From: an uncultured Gemmatimonadales bacterium
GTDB taxonomy: Bacteria > Gemmatimonadota > Gemmatimonadetes > Gemmatimonadales > Gemmatimonadaceae
NCBI GenBank assembly: GCA_963850905.1
Contig: CAWKMU010000003.1
Coordinates: 2,368,001 to 2,432,000 of the forward strand
DNA: 64,000 nt
Direction: 5' to 3'
A program made the translations under genes and the position numbers. This document shows positions 41,240-55,778 of the stretch, piece after piece. Each line of letters starts with the position of its first letter. The first letter of the stretch is position 1. The notes under the pieces were generated by a model, which was not told the origin of the DNA, did not search any database, and worked only from the letters and a program-made list of their open reading frames with translations.

Positions 41240-41938
41240 TTGGCGAGCGTGCGCCAGTGCCTGCGTGTCGCGGTCGCACTTGCGCTCACGGCCATCGGTC
41301 TGGCGCCGTCGATGGCGTCTGCTCAGGCGACTCCCAGCCCGGGGCCGCCGCCCCCCGCCGCGGAAGACACGATCGTGCGTCCCACCGGCACGCTGCGCAG
41401 TGGAGACCTGCTCAAGATTCGGGTGTATCGCGACTCCGAGCTGAGTGGCCAGTACCTGATCGACGCGCAGGGCAACGTGCAGATTCCGGGCTTGGGCGTG
41501 ATCCGCGCGGCCGGCCTGGACCCGACGCAGGTGCAGGAGCGGCTGGTCGATCAGCTGCGCTTGCGCGGTTTCCGAGCGCCGGAGATCGCCGTCCAGCCGC
41601 TGATCCGCGTGTCGGTGCTCGGGATGGTGCGCTCGCCCGGGCTATATCCGGTGGAACCAGGAGTCAGTATCATCCAGCTGTTGACGCTCGCCGGCGGACC
41701 GACCGAGCAGGCCAATCTCAAACGCGCGCAGGTCGTGCGGGAGAACCGCGCCTTCACGGTCGACCTGCAGAGCGCGCTCGTAGGCAGTGCGGCCGGACGC
41801 GTGGCGTTGTATTCCAACGATGTCGTGTACGTGCCGCAGCGCCATTCGATCTTTTCGCGCGACAACGTAACGCTCGGGGCGACGTTGATATCGATGGCCG
41901 TGTCGATCGTGACGCTCATTCAAGTGACGAAGCATTAG
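41240..41938 (+). CDS. Polysaccharide export protein (Poly_export + SLBB, short Wza-like)
   Basis: LRSGDLLKIRVY, IDAQGNVQIPGLG, VLGMVRSPGLY, AGG, DVVYVP. Confidence 0.85.
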   Translation: MASVRQCLRVAVALALTAIGLAPSMASAQATPSPGPPPPAAEDTIVRPTGTLRSGDLLKIRVYRDSELSGQYLIDAQGNVQIPGLGVIRAAGLDPTQVQERLVDQLRLRGFRAPEIAVQPLIRVSVLGMVRSPGLYPVEPGVSIIQLLTLAGGPTEQANLKRAQVVRENRAFTVDLQSALVGSAAGRVALYSNDVVYVPQRHSIFSRDNVTLGATLISMAVSIVTLIQVTKH

Positions 41939-44355
41939 TGACGGACCTGCTCGCACCGCAAGAGCCCAGTACACTCCCGCTCGACGGCGGCATTCTCGGG
42001 AGCGAGGAATCGCTTCGCGACATTGCCGCGGCGGTCGGTCGCCGGCGGTGGGTTGTGGCGTTGGTCTTCCTCGGGACGATCGCCATCGGCACCTGGCGCA
42101 CCATGACCGAGGCGCGGATCTATGCATCCGCCGTGACGGTTCGTGTCGAGCGCTCCGACAACCCGGTGGCGAACGCACCGTCGAACGGCCCGCAATACGA
42201 CTTCCGCGTGGATCCGCTGGTATCCGAGCAGCAGGTCATTCGCAGTCAGACCATCGCGGAGCGCACCGCGCTGGCGGCTGGCCTGCAGATCGCTGTGACG
42301 CGGCCGGTGCTGCTACTCAGCTCCCTGACAGGATCTTCGCTTCCCGTCGTGCGACCCGAGGCCATCCCGGGGACGTACACGCTCGCATTCGGGGACACCA
42401 CATTCAGCCTGAGTCACGGAAGCAGCCGCTGGGGGCCAGCGCACTATGGCACGACCCTCGACGCCGGCGCGTTCACGCTCACGATTCCTGGCCGGCCCTC
42501 GCTATCGGACCGCACCGTCGAGCTGACCGTGTCATCGCTCGATGGGGTCGCGCGCGACCTGCGCAGTCGGATTTCGACCCGTGTGTTGCCGCAAACCGAT
42601 ATCGTAGAGATCACGATCGCCGGGCCGGACCCCCTCCGCGTGCAACACGCCGCCAACAGCATTGCGTCGGTGTACGCCGATTATGCGCGAGAGGCCGCAC
42701 AGGCACGGGCACAGAAGCGAAGCCAGTTCATCGCCCAGAGCCTCGACGAGCAGGCGGCGTCGCTCAAGCGCAGCCAGGACTCGTTGCGCGATTTCCAGGA
42801 GCTGCATCGGACCTCCAACGTCACCGATGAGCAGACGGAGTTGTTCAAGCAGATCTACAAGCTCCAGGCGGACCGCGGCGAGCTTCTGCTGGAGCAGCAG
42901 GTCTACCTCGCGCTGGTCGGGCGCCTCGCGCAGACCGATACCACCGACGAGGAGCTGCGCAAGCTGGTCGGCACGGATGCGGTCGAGCACAACAAGAGTG
43001 TCGCCGACCTGTACGGGAGCTGGTTCCAGCTCGAGACCACGCGGCAGCGTCTGAGTCTCTCGCGGGACGACCGAAACATCGATCTACAAGCGCTCGACAG
43101 CTCGATTGCCTCGACGAAGCGGAACCTGCAGCTGGCGAGCCGACTGTACCTGCAAAGCCTCGCGACCCGCATCGAATCGATTGACAGCAGTGTGGCGGAC
43201 CTGCGTCGCTCCAGCGAGCAATTTCCGCCGATGGCAGCCGAACAGGCGCGGCTCACCGCCAACGTGAAGACTCGCGAGACCGGCTACGACAATCTGTTGG
43301 CGCAGTACCAGCTGGCCCGGATCAGCGAGGGTGGTGAGACCGGCGGCGTCCGCATCATCGACCCCGCACCGGTGCCGTACACGCCCGTGTCGCCGCAGCG
43401 GAAACGTGCCGTGTTTCTGGCGGCCATCATCGGCTTGTTGCTCGGCCTGTTGTCGGCCGTTGTCGCCGACCGCTTTGACGACTCAGTGCAGACGCCGGAC
43501 GAAGTGCGGCAGCGGCTGCACCTGCCGATCCTCGGATCCATTCCGCGCGTCCGTGACACGCTGTTCGGTCGCACCGAGCGCCAGCGATTCCGATTGATCT
43601 CCCACGTGGAGCCCCAATCGCTGATCGCAGAAGCCTTCCGGTCGCTTCGGACGAACATCGCGTTCGCGCGCGCGCATCACGATCTGCGGACGATCGTGCT
43701 CACCAGTCCGGGTCCCGGTGATGGCAAGTCGACGGTCGCGTGCAACCTCGCCACGATCTTCGCGCAGCAGGGTCAGCGAACGCTTCTGGTCGATGCGGAC
43801 CTGCGGCGTGCGGTCGTGAACGAGACGTTCGATGTCCCCCGTTCGCCAGGCCTCAGCGATCTCCTCGTCGGCAATGCCCGGTTCGCGCAAGTCGTGAAAG
43901 CGGTCGACGTGCCAAACCTCTTCCTCCTGCCAAGCGGGCAGTTCCCGCCGAATCCCTCCGAGCTGCTTGGATCGCCAGCCATGCGTGATGTGCTGGAGGA
44001 GGCGAAGGCCAGCTACGACATGATCGTCGTCGATTCCCCGCCGGTCCTCGCCGTGACGGACGCATCCGTCATTTCCTCGGTGGTCGATGGGACAATCGTC
44101 GTCGTACGCGTGGGGAAGACGGCACGCGACGCCGTGCGTCGGGCCGTGGCGCAACTCCGTGTCGTAAACGGACGTGTGCTCGGAGCCGTCTTGAACGACG
44201 TCGATTTCCGGAGCGGCGTCTATTACGGTGGCTATGGCTACTACTACCAACGGTTCTACGGCGATGGCGACGAGTCGGCAAGCGACATGCAAGGAAATCC
44301 GCTGCGCCGCTGGGGCCGCGCACTCGGCGGGCGTTTGCCGGGCCGCGGGCGGTGA
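41938..44355 (+). CDS. wzc: Polysaccharide co-polymerase / BY-kinase (Wzc-like)
   Basis: Two TM segments around a coiled coil, AEAFRSLRTN, Walker A GDGKS, DADLRR, DSPP, Tyr cluster YYGGYGYYY. Confidence 0.9.
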   Translation: MTDLLAPQEPSTLPLDGGILGSEESLRDIAAAVGRRRWVVALVFLGTIAIGTWRTMTEARIYASAVTVRVERSDNPVANAPSNGPQYDFRVDPLVSEQQVIRSQTIAERTALAAGLQIAVTRPVLLLSSLTGSSLPVVRPEAIPGTYTLAFGDTTFSLSHGSSRWGPAHYGTTLDAGAFTLTIPGRPSLSDRTVELTVSSLDGVARDLRSRISTRVLPQTDIVEITIAGPDPLRVQHAANSIASVYADYAREAAQARAQKRSQFIAQSLDEQAASLKRSQDSLRDFQELHRTSNVTDEQTELFKQIYKLQADRGELLLEQQVYLALVGRLAQTDTTDEELRKLVGTDAVEHNKSVADLYGSWFQLETTRQRLSLSRDDRNIDLQALDSSIASTKRNLQLASRLYLQSLATRIESIDSSVADLRRSSEQFPPMAAEQARLTANVKTRETGYDNLLAQYQLARISEGGETGGVRIIDPAPVPYTPVSPQRKRAVFLAAIIGLLLGLLSAVVADRFDDSVQTPDEVRQRLHLPILGSIPRVRDTLFGRTERQRFRLISHVEPQSLIAEAFRSLRTNIAFARAHHDLRTIVLTSPGPGDGKSTVACNLATIFAQQGQRTLLVDADLRRAVVNETFDVPRSPGLSDLLVGNARFAQVVKAVDVPNLFLLPSGQFPPNPSELLGSPAMRDVLEEAKASYDMIVVDSPPVLAVTDASVISSVVDGTIVVVRVGKTARDAVRRAVAQLRVVNGRVLGAVLNDVDFRSGVYYGGYGYYYQRFYGDGDESASDMQGNPLRRWGRALGGRLPGRGR

Positions 44356-44401
44356 AATAACTTCATGTCGGACTTGATGTTCTGACTCTCGGAGCATTCG
44401 C

Positions 44402-45745
44402 GTGAACATTTCAGTCATTGGGACGGGTTACGTTGGCCTGGTCGTAGGCGCTTGCCTTGCCGAAACCGGGAACTACGTCGTGTGCGCGGACGTCGACCGC
44501 AAGAAGATCGAGGGTCTGCGGCACAACCAGCTGCCCATATACGAACCAGGCCTGTTGCAGCTGGTGGAGCGCAACCAGCAGCACTCGAGGCTCACGTTCA
44601 CCGACGACGTCGCGGCAGCGCTCAGCTCCGCCGGTGTGGTTTTCATCGCGGTCGGCACACCGCCCGACGAGGACGGATCGGCGGACCTCCGGCACGTCCT
44701 GTCGGTCGCCGATCAGATCGGGCGGCACATGGCGCGCGAGCTGGTGATCGTTACCAAGTCGACCGTGCCCGTAGGGACGGCCGCCAAGGTGGCCGCGGCT
44801 GTGGCCCGACACGCCAGGCACCCGTTCCATCTGTGCAGCAACCCGGAGTTCTTGAAGGAAGGTGCGGCGGTCGACGACTTCCTCAAGCCAGATCGCGTGG
44901 TCCTGGGCGTCGAGACGGATCACGCCCGGAGCGTCATGGCGGAGCTCTATGCGCCGTTCGTGCGAACGGGGAAGCCCATCATTTTCATGGATATCCCGTC
45001 GGCCGAGATGACGAAATACGCGGCCAACGCCATGCTGGCGACCCGCATCTCATTCATGAACGAGATCGCGGCGTTGTGTGAGAAGGTGGGCGCCAATGTC
45101 GACCACGTGCGCAAGGGCATCGGCAGCGACCCGCGGATCGGTGCCTCGTTCCTCTTTCCAGGGGCGGGCTACGGCGGGTCGTGCTTCCCCAAGGACGTCA
45201 AGGCGCTCGTGCGCACAGCGGCGGAGTGCGACACCCCGCTCGATGTGCTACAGGCGGTCGAAGACGTCAACGATCGACAGAAGCGGCGGCTTTTCCAGAA
45301 GTTGTCTGCTGCGCTCGAGGGCAAACTGCGCGGCGTGCAGATCGCGGTGTGGGGCCTCGCGTTCAAGCCTCAAACCGACGACATGCGCGAAGCGCCGGCC
45401 CTCACCCTCATCGAGGAGCTGCTGGATGCGGGCGCCCGCGTCTGCGCCCACGATCCGGTGGCGGTCCACGAGGCGCAGCGCCGCTTGGGAGACCGCGTGC
45501 GGTTCGTGGAATCCTACTACGACGCCGTCGAGGGCGCCGACGCCCTCGCCATCGTTACCGATTGGAACGAGTATCGGCACCCGGACTTCGCGCGCATCAA
45601 GCAGGCGCTGCGCCGGCCCGTGCTCGTCGACGGTCGTAATCTGTACGACCCGATCAAGATGGCGGAGATGGGCTTTGTGTACGACTCGATAGGTCGGCCG
45701 GTGGCTCGACAGGTGGCTCGACCCGCTGCGACGCTCGTCGCCTGA
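44402..45745 (+). CDS. ugd: UDP-glucose 6-dehydrogenase
   Basis: [48 protein letters not shown]. Confidence 0.93.
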   Translation: MNISVIGTGYVGLVVGACLAETGNYVVCADVDRKKIEGLRHNQLPIYEPGLLQLVERNQQHSRLTFTDDVAAALSSAGVVFIAVGTPPDEDGSADLRHVLSVADQIGRHMARELVIVTKSTVPVGTAAKVAAAVARHARHPFHLCSNPEFLKEGAAVDDFLKPDRVVLGVETDHARSVMAELYAPFVRTGKPIIFMDIPSAEMTKYAANAMLATRISFMNEIAALCEKVGANVDHVRKGIGSDPRIGASFLFPGAGYGGSCFPKDVKALVRTAAECDTPLDVLQAVEDVNDRQKRRLFQKLSAALEGKLRGVQIAVWGLAFKPQTDDMREAPALTLIEELLDAGARVCAHDPVAVHEAQRRLGDRVRFVESYYDAVEGADALAIVTDWNEYRHPDFARIKQALRRPVLVDGRNLYDPIKMAEMGFVYDSIGRPVARQVARPAATLVA

Positions 45746-45761
45746 CCCACATCGAGATCAC

Positions 45762-46769
45762 GTGCGCGTTCTGATCACGGGGGCCGCCGGGTTTCTCGGC
45801 TCGCACCTGGCGGACCGATTTCTGCGCGACGGCCATACCGTCGTGGGCCTCGACAACTTCGTCACTGGCCACCCGGAAAACGTCGCCCATCTCATGGGCT
45901 GCGATCGATTCGAGTTCCTCAAGCACAACATCTCGACGTACACGTTCGTCGCGGGTCCGCTCGACGGGGTGCTGCATTTTGCCTCGCCGGCGAGCCCGGT
46001 CGACTACCTCGAGCATCCGATCCCGACGCTCAAGGTCGGGGCGCTCGGCACCCACAACGCGCTCGGACTCGCGAAGGCAAAATCGGCGCGCTTCTTTCTC
46101 GCATCGACGTCCGAAGTGTATGGGGATCCGCTGGTGCACCCGCAGACGGAGCGCTACTGGGGCAACGTGAACCCCATCGGGCCACGCGGCGTGTACGACG
46201 AAGCCAAGCGATTCGCAGAGGCGATGACGATGGCCTACCATCGGTACCACAAGATGGACACGCGGATCGTCCGTATCTTCAACACCTACGGTCCGCGGAT
46301 GCGTCCGCGCGACGGACGTGTCGTGTCGAATTTCATCGTGCAGGCGCTGCGCGGGGAACCGTTGACGCTCTACGGCGACGGGAGCCAGACGCGCAGCTTC
46401 TGCTACGTTGACGATGAAATCGAAGGGATCTATCGCCTGTTCATGCGCGGCGATAGCGACCCCACCAATGTCGGCAACCCGGACGAGTACACGGTCCGGC
46501 AGCTTGCCGAAGTCGTCCTGGAGCTCACGGGTTCACCCTCGCGCCTGGAGTATCGACCGCTCCCGGAAGACGATCCCAAGGTGCGGCGTCCGGACATCAC
46601 GCGAGCCCGCGCGATGTTGGATTGGGAGCCGCGCGTGCGTCTCCGCGAGGGCGTCGAGCGGACGGTCGACTACTTCCGCGGATTGCTTGGCTCGGACCGG
46701 ATGCGATCACAGCTGACCGCGGACGCTCAGGACGCCGGATCCTACCGGGGTGTGAGCGGCGCGGCGTGA
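45762..46769 (+). CDS. UDP-glucuronate decarboxylase (UDP-xylose synthase)
   Basis: [53 protein letters not shown]. Confidence 0.9.
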   Translation: MRVLITGAAGFLGSHLADRFLRDGHTVVGLDNFVTGHPENVAHLMGCDRFEFLKHNISTYTFVAGPLDGVLHFASPASPVDYLEHPIPTLKVGALGTHNALGLAKAKSARFFLASTSEVYGDPLVHPQTERYWGNVNPIGPRGVYDEAKRFAEAMTMAYHRYHKMDTRIVRIFNTYGPRMRPRDGRVVSNFIVQALRGEPLTLYGDGSQTRSFCYVDDEIEGIYRLFMRGDSDPTNVGNPDEYTVRQLAEVVLELTGSPSRLEYRPLPEDDPKVRRPDITRARAMLDWEPRVRLREGVERTVDYFRGLLGSDRMRSQLTADAQDAGSYRGVSGAA

Positions 46770-47521
46770 CGACGAGCGTCGGGCGGGCACCGCGTGAGCT
46801 CATCGATCTCACGCCCGACGCCGTCGAGCGGGCACGCGACCGGTTCGCGGTAGGCGACTACCACGCGGCGGTGCTCCTGCTGGAAGATGCGATCGGCGCC
46901 GGATGTCTCTTTGCGGACGCCTTCAATCTCCTGGGGCTGTCGCTGGCGCTCGTGGATCGTCCCGTCGAGGCGCTCGCCGCTTTTGACCGCGCCCTCGCCC
47001 AGAACCCGCGGTATATCGAGGCCCACCTCAACCGGGCCGTGCTCCTGAACGGACTCGGACGCACGGCGGAGGCCGAGGCGTCGTTCGCCCTGGCGGAGGA
47101 GTTCGGCCGACCCGACGCAACCGGGTACCCGGCGACCATCGGCAACCGCCTGGCGAACGCCCATGCCCACCTGGCAGCCGAATATCGGAGCGCCGGCGCG
47201 CTGGACGAGTCGATCGCGCAATATCGACGCGCGCTCGAGCTGCGGCCGACGTACATTGACGTTCGCGTGGCGTTGGCCCGCGTGCTGCTCGATGCACAAC
47301 GCTTTAGCGTCGCCGCTGACGAGCTCGATCAAGTCCTCGCGGCCCAGCCAGATCAGATCGAGGCCCTCCTGCTCCGCGGCTTGGCCGCCTATTATGCGGG
47401 GGCATTGAATACGGCAACGGCCAGTTGGGACCGGGCAGCGGTCGTAGACCCTGCCGATCGGCGTGTTGCCGTCTATCGTTCTATGCTGGCCCGGAAGCAG
47501 GGTGGACCGTTGGACGGGTGA
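46766..47521 (+). CDS. Tetratricopeptide-repeat protein
   Basis: Repeated TPR-like helices ([23 protein letters not shown]). GTG overlaps the previous stop. Confidence 0.8.
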   Translation: MTTSVGRAPRELIDLTPDAVERARDRFAVGDYHAAVLLLEDAIGAGCLFADAFNLLGLSLALVDRPVEALAAFDRALAQNPRYIEAHLNRAVLLNGLGRTAEAEASFALAEEFGRPDATGYPATIGNRLANAHAHLAAEYRSAGALDESIAQYRRALELRPTYIDVRVALARVLLDAQRFSVAADELDQVLAAQPDQIEALLLRGLAAYYAGALNTATASWDRAAVVDPADRRVAVYRSMLARKQGGPLDG

Positions 47522-47578
47522 ACCCCGCCTGCGTGTACCGGGTACGAAGAGTCTAGCGACCTGTCACTGAGTTAACTG

Positions 47579-48385
47579 ATGCACCTGTTGTTGTCCGCTC
47601 GATCACGTTCATCGCGCGTCGTCCGCGCATGTGCCGCCGCCTCCGTCTTCGCCGCGGCGATGCTGGCATCCTGCCATCAGCCACTCGACATCAAGAAGTA
47701 CCAGGGCACTCCAGAGAAGCTGTACGTCGCGTCGTTGACCGCGTTCAAGAAACACCACTGGGACGACGCGGTCGCAGGCTTCGAGAAGCTGACATTGGAC
47801 CTGCCGGCGCACGACACCTTGCTCGCGCAGTCCTACTATTACCTGGGCCAGGCACATGAGAAAAAGGCAGAGCCGCTCCTCGCGGCCCAGGCCTTTTCTC
47901 GGCTCGCGGACGCCTTCCCGGACGACTCGCTTGCGCCACCGGCGCTCTTCGCGGCCGGGCGCGCCTACGAGAAGCTGTGGCATCGGCCGGATCTCGACGC
48001 CACCTATGGGCAGTCAGCGCTGTCCGAGTACCAGACGCTCCTGGCGCTGTATCCGGGCTCGCCGCTCAAGGACCAGGCCGACGCCCAAGTCGCCCATTTG
48101 CAGGAGTGGTTCGCCGAGAAGGACTTCGACAACGGGTTGCACTACTTCCATCGCAAGGCGTACGACTCGGCCATCATCTATTTCAAGGACGTCGTCAAGA
48201 ACTTTCCCAACGTGCCGATTACCCGGGAAGCGTACGTGCGGCTCGTGGACTCCTATCGGGCCATTCGGTACAAGGAGGACGCGGCCGACGTCTGCAATAC
48301 GCTGCGCATTACGTATCCCCAGGATCTGCAAGTGCGGGAGCGATGCGGCGCGGCGCCGACCAGCACCGCCGCGCAGCATCCGTAA
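47579..48385 (+). CDS. bamD: Outer-membrane assembly lipoprotein BamD
   Basis: Lipobox MLAS-C, TPR repeats, LAAQAF..FP.D, YFHRKAYDSAIIYF. Confidence 0.85.
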   Translation: MHLLLSARSRSSRVVRACAAASVFAAAMLASCHQPLDIKKYQGTPEKLYVASLTAFKKHHWDDAVAGFEKLTLDLPAHDTLLAQSYYYLGQAHEKKAEPLLAAQAFSRLADAFPDDSLAPPALFAAGRAYEKLWHRPDLDATYGQSALSEYQTLLALYPGSPLKDQADAQVAHLQEWFAEKDFDNGLHYFHRKAYDSAIIYFKDVVKNFPNVPITREAYVRLVDSYRAIRYKEDAADVCNTLRITYPQDLQVRERCGAAPTSTAAQHP

Positions 48386-48409
48386 GGCACGGCCAGGGCC
48401 CCAGGCCCC

Positions 48410-49031
48410 GTGCGCGTCGGCATCCTCGGGGGCACCTTCGACCCACCGCACGTCGGGCACCTGATCGCAGCGGCTGACGCGGTTGACGCGCTGGGTCTCG
48501 AGCAGGTCGTGTTCGTCCCGGCCCACCGCCAGCCGCTCAAGGGCGCCAACGTGCACGCGACGCCGGCCCAGCGGCTGGCGATGACGCAGCTGGCGGTCGG
48601 CGGTGACGCTCGGCTGGCGGTCACATCGATCGAAATCGACCGAGGCGGGTTATCTTTCACGGTGGACACGCTGTCGGAATGGGCTCGCCGGTCGCCACAC
48701 GATGAGCGGTTTCTGCTGATGGGGGCCGACGTCGTTCGTTCATTTGCCCGATGGCGGGAGCCGCTCGAGGTGATGCGCCTGGCCGAGCTCGTCGTCTGGC
48801 AACGGGGAGAGGTGCTCGAGGGCGGCGTGACCGCATGGCTACCGCGCGACCCGACGGGGCGGCCGCCGGCCCATCGCGTGCTCGAAGCCCGGCAGATCGA
48901 CGTATCTTCGACCGAAGTCCGCTCGCGGGTGCGAGCTGGCCAGTCGATTCACGGGTTCGTGCCAGATGCCGTGGGTGCCTACATCCTCGCGATGGGGCTG
49001 TATCGCGCGGCGGACGATCGAGAGGAAGAGG

Positions 49032-49054
<23 letters not shown>
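48410..49054 (+). CDS. nadD: Nicotinate-nucleotide adenylyltransferase
   Basis: [34 protein letters not shown]. Confidence 0.93.
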
Positions 49055-52382
<3,328 letters not shown>

Positions 52383-52504
52383 AAAGGAGAAGGGAAAAAG
52401 GAGAGAGGAGAAAAGAGCAGGGCCGGCCTAACGACGCGGCATTGGTCACGGGTCGGGGAACGGCACGGGCGACTGCTGCCCGCACGGAATCCGCTGATGG
52501 GCGG

Positions 52505-52589
52505 GTAGGGGCGACGCAATGCGTCGCCCTCCCACGCCGCCCGCATGATGGCGCCTCCACGCCGGTAGGGGCGACGCATTGCGTCGCCC
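52505..52589. repeat. Two direct REP copies (52505-52529 and 52565-52589)
   Basis: GTAGGGGCGACGCAATGCGTCGCCC and GTAGGGGCGACGCATTGCGTCGCCC. Confidence 0.82.
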
Positions 52590-52608
52590 GTGGTAGACCG
52601 GCAGCGCC

Positions 52609-53469
52609 ATGATGGGAACCGCGTTCCCCCGATGGCGCGAGCACGCGGGGCGGACCTTATACAGGGCGGCCGTGCCGGCCAAGCGTCGCCAGTCGAGGCC
52701 TGTTCCGAAAAATGGGGCTAACTCGCGGAACACTGACGAGTTCGCTCTGGGAGCCCTCACCATCCGCGAGCTCCCGGCCTCGGACCGACCCCGAGAGCGG
52801 CTGCGGCGGCTGGGGGCCGGCCAGCTCGCAACGGCCGAGCTCGTAGCGATCCTGGTCGGGAGCGGCGCACCAGGGTACTCAGCGCTCGCCTTGGGGTACG
52901 AGATAATGCGCCGCTGTGGGGGGTCGCTGCGCGCGCTCGGCGGGCGACCGGTGGCCGAATTGACGGCCATTCCGGGTGTGGGTCCGGCGCGAGCCACGGT
53001 TGTTCACGCGGCGCTCGAGCTGGCACGACGCTGGTCGGTCGAAGCCGCAGGACCCAGGCCCGCAGTACGAGGACCGTCGGACGTGGCCGCCATTATGGCC
53101 CCGCGATTGACGGACCTAGCGGTAGAGGAACTCCATGTGCTAATACTCGATTCTCAGCACAGGATGGCTCGGGACGTCACCGTGACACGGGGACTCTTGA
53201 ATTCGTCGCCCGTACACGCACGCGAAGTATTCCGGGAGGCCATTGCAGAATGCGCCGCCGCGGTCGTGCTGGTCCACAACCATCCCAGCGGTGATCCCGC
53301 GCCGTCGGCCGACGACCTGCGTGTCACGGCGGACCTCGTCGCCGGTGGCCGCGTGGTCGATATCCCCGTGCTCGATCATGTCATCGTCGCGCGCGGGGGA
53401 TATGTGAGCCTGGCCGAACAGCGAATGCTCGACGTCCCACCTCCCGGTCGCACGACGGAACGATCATGA
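52609..53469 (+). CDS. radC: RadC/JAB-domain protein (true start probably further downstream)
   Basis: IRELPASDRPRERL, IPGVGPA HhH, VHAREVF, HNHPSGDPAPSADD, VLDHVIV. Confidence 0.9.
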   Translation: MMGTAFPRWREHAGRTLYRAAVPAKRRQSRPVPKNGANSRNTDEFALGALTIRELPASDRPRERLRRLGAGQLATAELVAILVGSGAPGYSALALGYEIMRRCGGSLRALGGRPVAELTAIPGVGPARATVVHAALELARRWSVEAAGPRPAVRGPSDVAAIMAPRLTDLAVEELHVLILDSQHRMARDVTVTRGLLNSSPVHAREVFREAIAECAAAVVLVHNHPSGDPAPSADDLRVTADLVAGGRVVDIPVLDHVIVARGGYVSLAEQRMLDVPPPGRTTERS

Positions 53470-55638
53470 CGGCAGTCGCGCTGCGAGAAATCATCCCCAA
53501 CTGGCATATCGTCGACGAGCGCCGGGCCGAGCGACTCGACGAGGACCTGCTCGCGCGCGCATATCGATTCAGCGAGCGCGCGCACCTCGGGCAGAAGCGC
53601 CTGTCGGGTGAGGATTACGTCTCGCACTGCGTCGAGGTCGCCAAGATTCTCGCCGATCTGCAGCTCGACTCGGTCACCGTCGCGAGCGGACTGATCCACG
53701 ACGTCGTGGAGGATACTGCGGTGACGGTCGAGGATGTCGAGCGCGAGTTTGGGCGCGAGATCGCCGACATCGTCGACGGACTCACCAAGATCGGCACGCT
53801 GCCCGCGCACTCCACCCAGGAACGTCAGGTCGAGAACTACCGCAAGCTGCTGCTGTCGATCGCGAAGGACGCGCGCGTGATCCTGATCAAGCTTGCCGAC
53901 CGGCTGCACAACATGCGGACCCTCGAGTACCTGAGCTCCGATAGGCAGCGGCGGATCGCTCAGGAAACGCGCGATCTGTATGCCCCGCTTGCGCACCGCT
54001 TCGGTATGGCGAAGATGCGGTGGGAGCTGGAGGATCTGGCGTTCAAGCATCTCGAGCCGGACGAGTACCGGGCGCTGGCGAAGCTCGTGGCGCAGAAGCG
54101 TGCCGAGCGGGAATCGTTCATCGCGCAGCTCGCCGAGCCGCTGGCCGGTGAGCTGCGCGTGGCCGGGATTCGCGACGCGAATGTCACCGGGCGTCCCAAG
54201 CACCTGTGGTCGATCCACAAGAAGATGATGAAGCGCGGCAAGCCGTACGAGGAGATCTACGATCTGCTCGCCATTCGCGTGCTGGTCAAGACGGTCTCGG
54301 ATTGCTACCACGCGCTGGGCGTGATCCACGACGGCTGGACGCCGCTGCAGGAGCGCATCAAGGACTACATCGCGCAGCCGAAGTCCAACGGCTACCAATC
54401 GCTGCACACGACCGTCTTCGGTCCGGGCAGGCAGCTCTTCGAGATTCAGATCCGGACGCGCGACATGCATCGCACCGCCGAGTTCGGGATCGCCGCCCAC
54501 TGGCTGTACAAGGACGGCACGAAGAGCGCGGACGAGCTCGAGCGTCACCTCTCGTGGTTCCGGCAGGTGCTCGAGCTACAGCTCGACGCCAAGACGCCGG
54601 ACGAGTTTCTGGAATTCCTGAAGCTCGACCTCTATCAGGACGAGATTTTCGTGTTCACGCCGACAGGCGATGTGATTCGGCTCCCGAAGGGCGCGACGCC
54701 GATCGACTTCGCATTCGCCGTGCACACGGAGATCGGGCTCCACTGCCAGGGCGCCAAGATCTCCGGCAAGATCGCGCCGTTGTCCCGGGCGCTGAAAAAC
54801 TCCGAGACCGTCGAGATCCTGACTGCGCCCACGGCGCGGCCGAGTCGTGACTGGCTCGCCCATGTGCGGACGGGACGCGCACGCCACAAGATCCGGCAGT
54901 GGCTCAAGCACGAAGAGCACGCGACGTCGACCAAGCTGGGTCGGGACATTCTCGATCGCGAGATCAAGCGTCGCCGCCTGCCGAAGCCCGAGGACGCCGA
55001 CCTGCTCGCGTGCCGCGCACGTGCTCAATCTCACGGACGTGACACATCTCCTCGCATCGCTCGGGCAGGGCGATGTGCACGCGCTCCAGCTGCTCAAGAT
55101 CCTGCACCCCGACCTGGACCACACCGACGCCGCGCGCCCCACCGCGGTCGAGCGACTCGTCGATCGGCTCCGACGCTCATCCAAGGGTGTGCGCATTCAG
55201 GGCGCCGACGGCCTGATGGTGCGGTACGCGCAGTGCTGTCAGCCCGTGCCCGGTGATCCCGTCGTCGGATACGTCACCCGCGGCCGCGGCGTGAGCATCC
55301 ATCGCGGCGACTGTCCCAACCTCCTCGTGCTGGCGCACGAGCCCGAGCGCCGCCTCGAGATCGACTGGCAGGAGATGGAGGGGGAGCGATTCACGGTGCG
55401 ACTTACCCTCTCCGCCAACGATCGCCGCGGCCTGTACGCCGACATTGCTGCGGCCGTGAGCGCCACGGGGACCGACATCAAGAGCATGGAGCTGCGCACG
55501 GTCGACGGCCGTGTCACCGGCTCTGCGCTCGTCGAGGTCGAGAACCTGGCCCACCTGGAGCGGATCATCAAGGCGGCGCGGAAGGTGAAGGGCGTGGCCG
55601 AGGTGGCGCGGCGGGAGCATATCGGGGAAGAGGCGTGA
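53466..55638 (+). CDS. relA: Long RelA/SpoT homologue, bifunctional (p)ppGpp synthetase/hydrolase (frameshift ~55012)
   Basis: HD domain IHDVVED, KLADRLHNMRTL, GRPKH, YQSLHT, EIQIRT, TGS domain, CCQPVPGD, ACT domain. Confidence 0.93.
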
Positions 55639-55644
55639 ACGACA

Positions 55645-55759
55645 GGGATCGGGGGGTCAGGGGTCAGGGGTCAGGGACCAAACTTTAAGGCCAGCCACAG
55701 AGCACCGTGACTGGCCTCGCGATTTGCTCCCTGACCCGTAACCCCTGACCCGCGATCCC
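55645..55759. repeat. (CAGGGGT)n inverted-arm hairpin element
   Basis: GGGATC-GGGGTCAGGGGTCAGGGGTCAGGG...CCCTGACCC..ACCCCTGACCC..GATCCC. Inner stem AGGCCAGCCAC/GTGACTGGCCT. Confidence 0.8.
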
Positions 55760-55778
55760 AGCCCTTTATCTTTCCCCC

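Noticed and set aside
39106..44355. Apparent N-terminal extensions or fusions in the ORF track (708-aa Wzi, 1032-aa Wzc; also 688-aa CocE and 419-aa RimI elsewhere)
   Set aside because: The extensions overlap upstream genes in another frame; plausible internal starts sit at gene junctions.
52609..53469. radC as a marker of a mobile element or defence island
   Set aside because: Full-length HhH+JAB form between secA and relA, with no mobility genes nearby.
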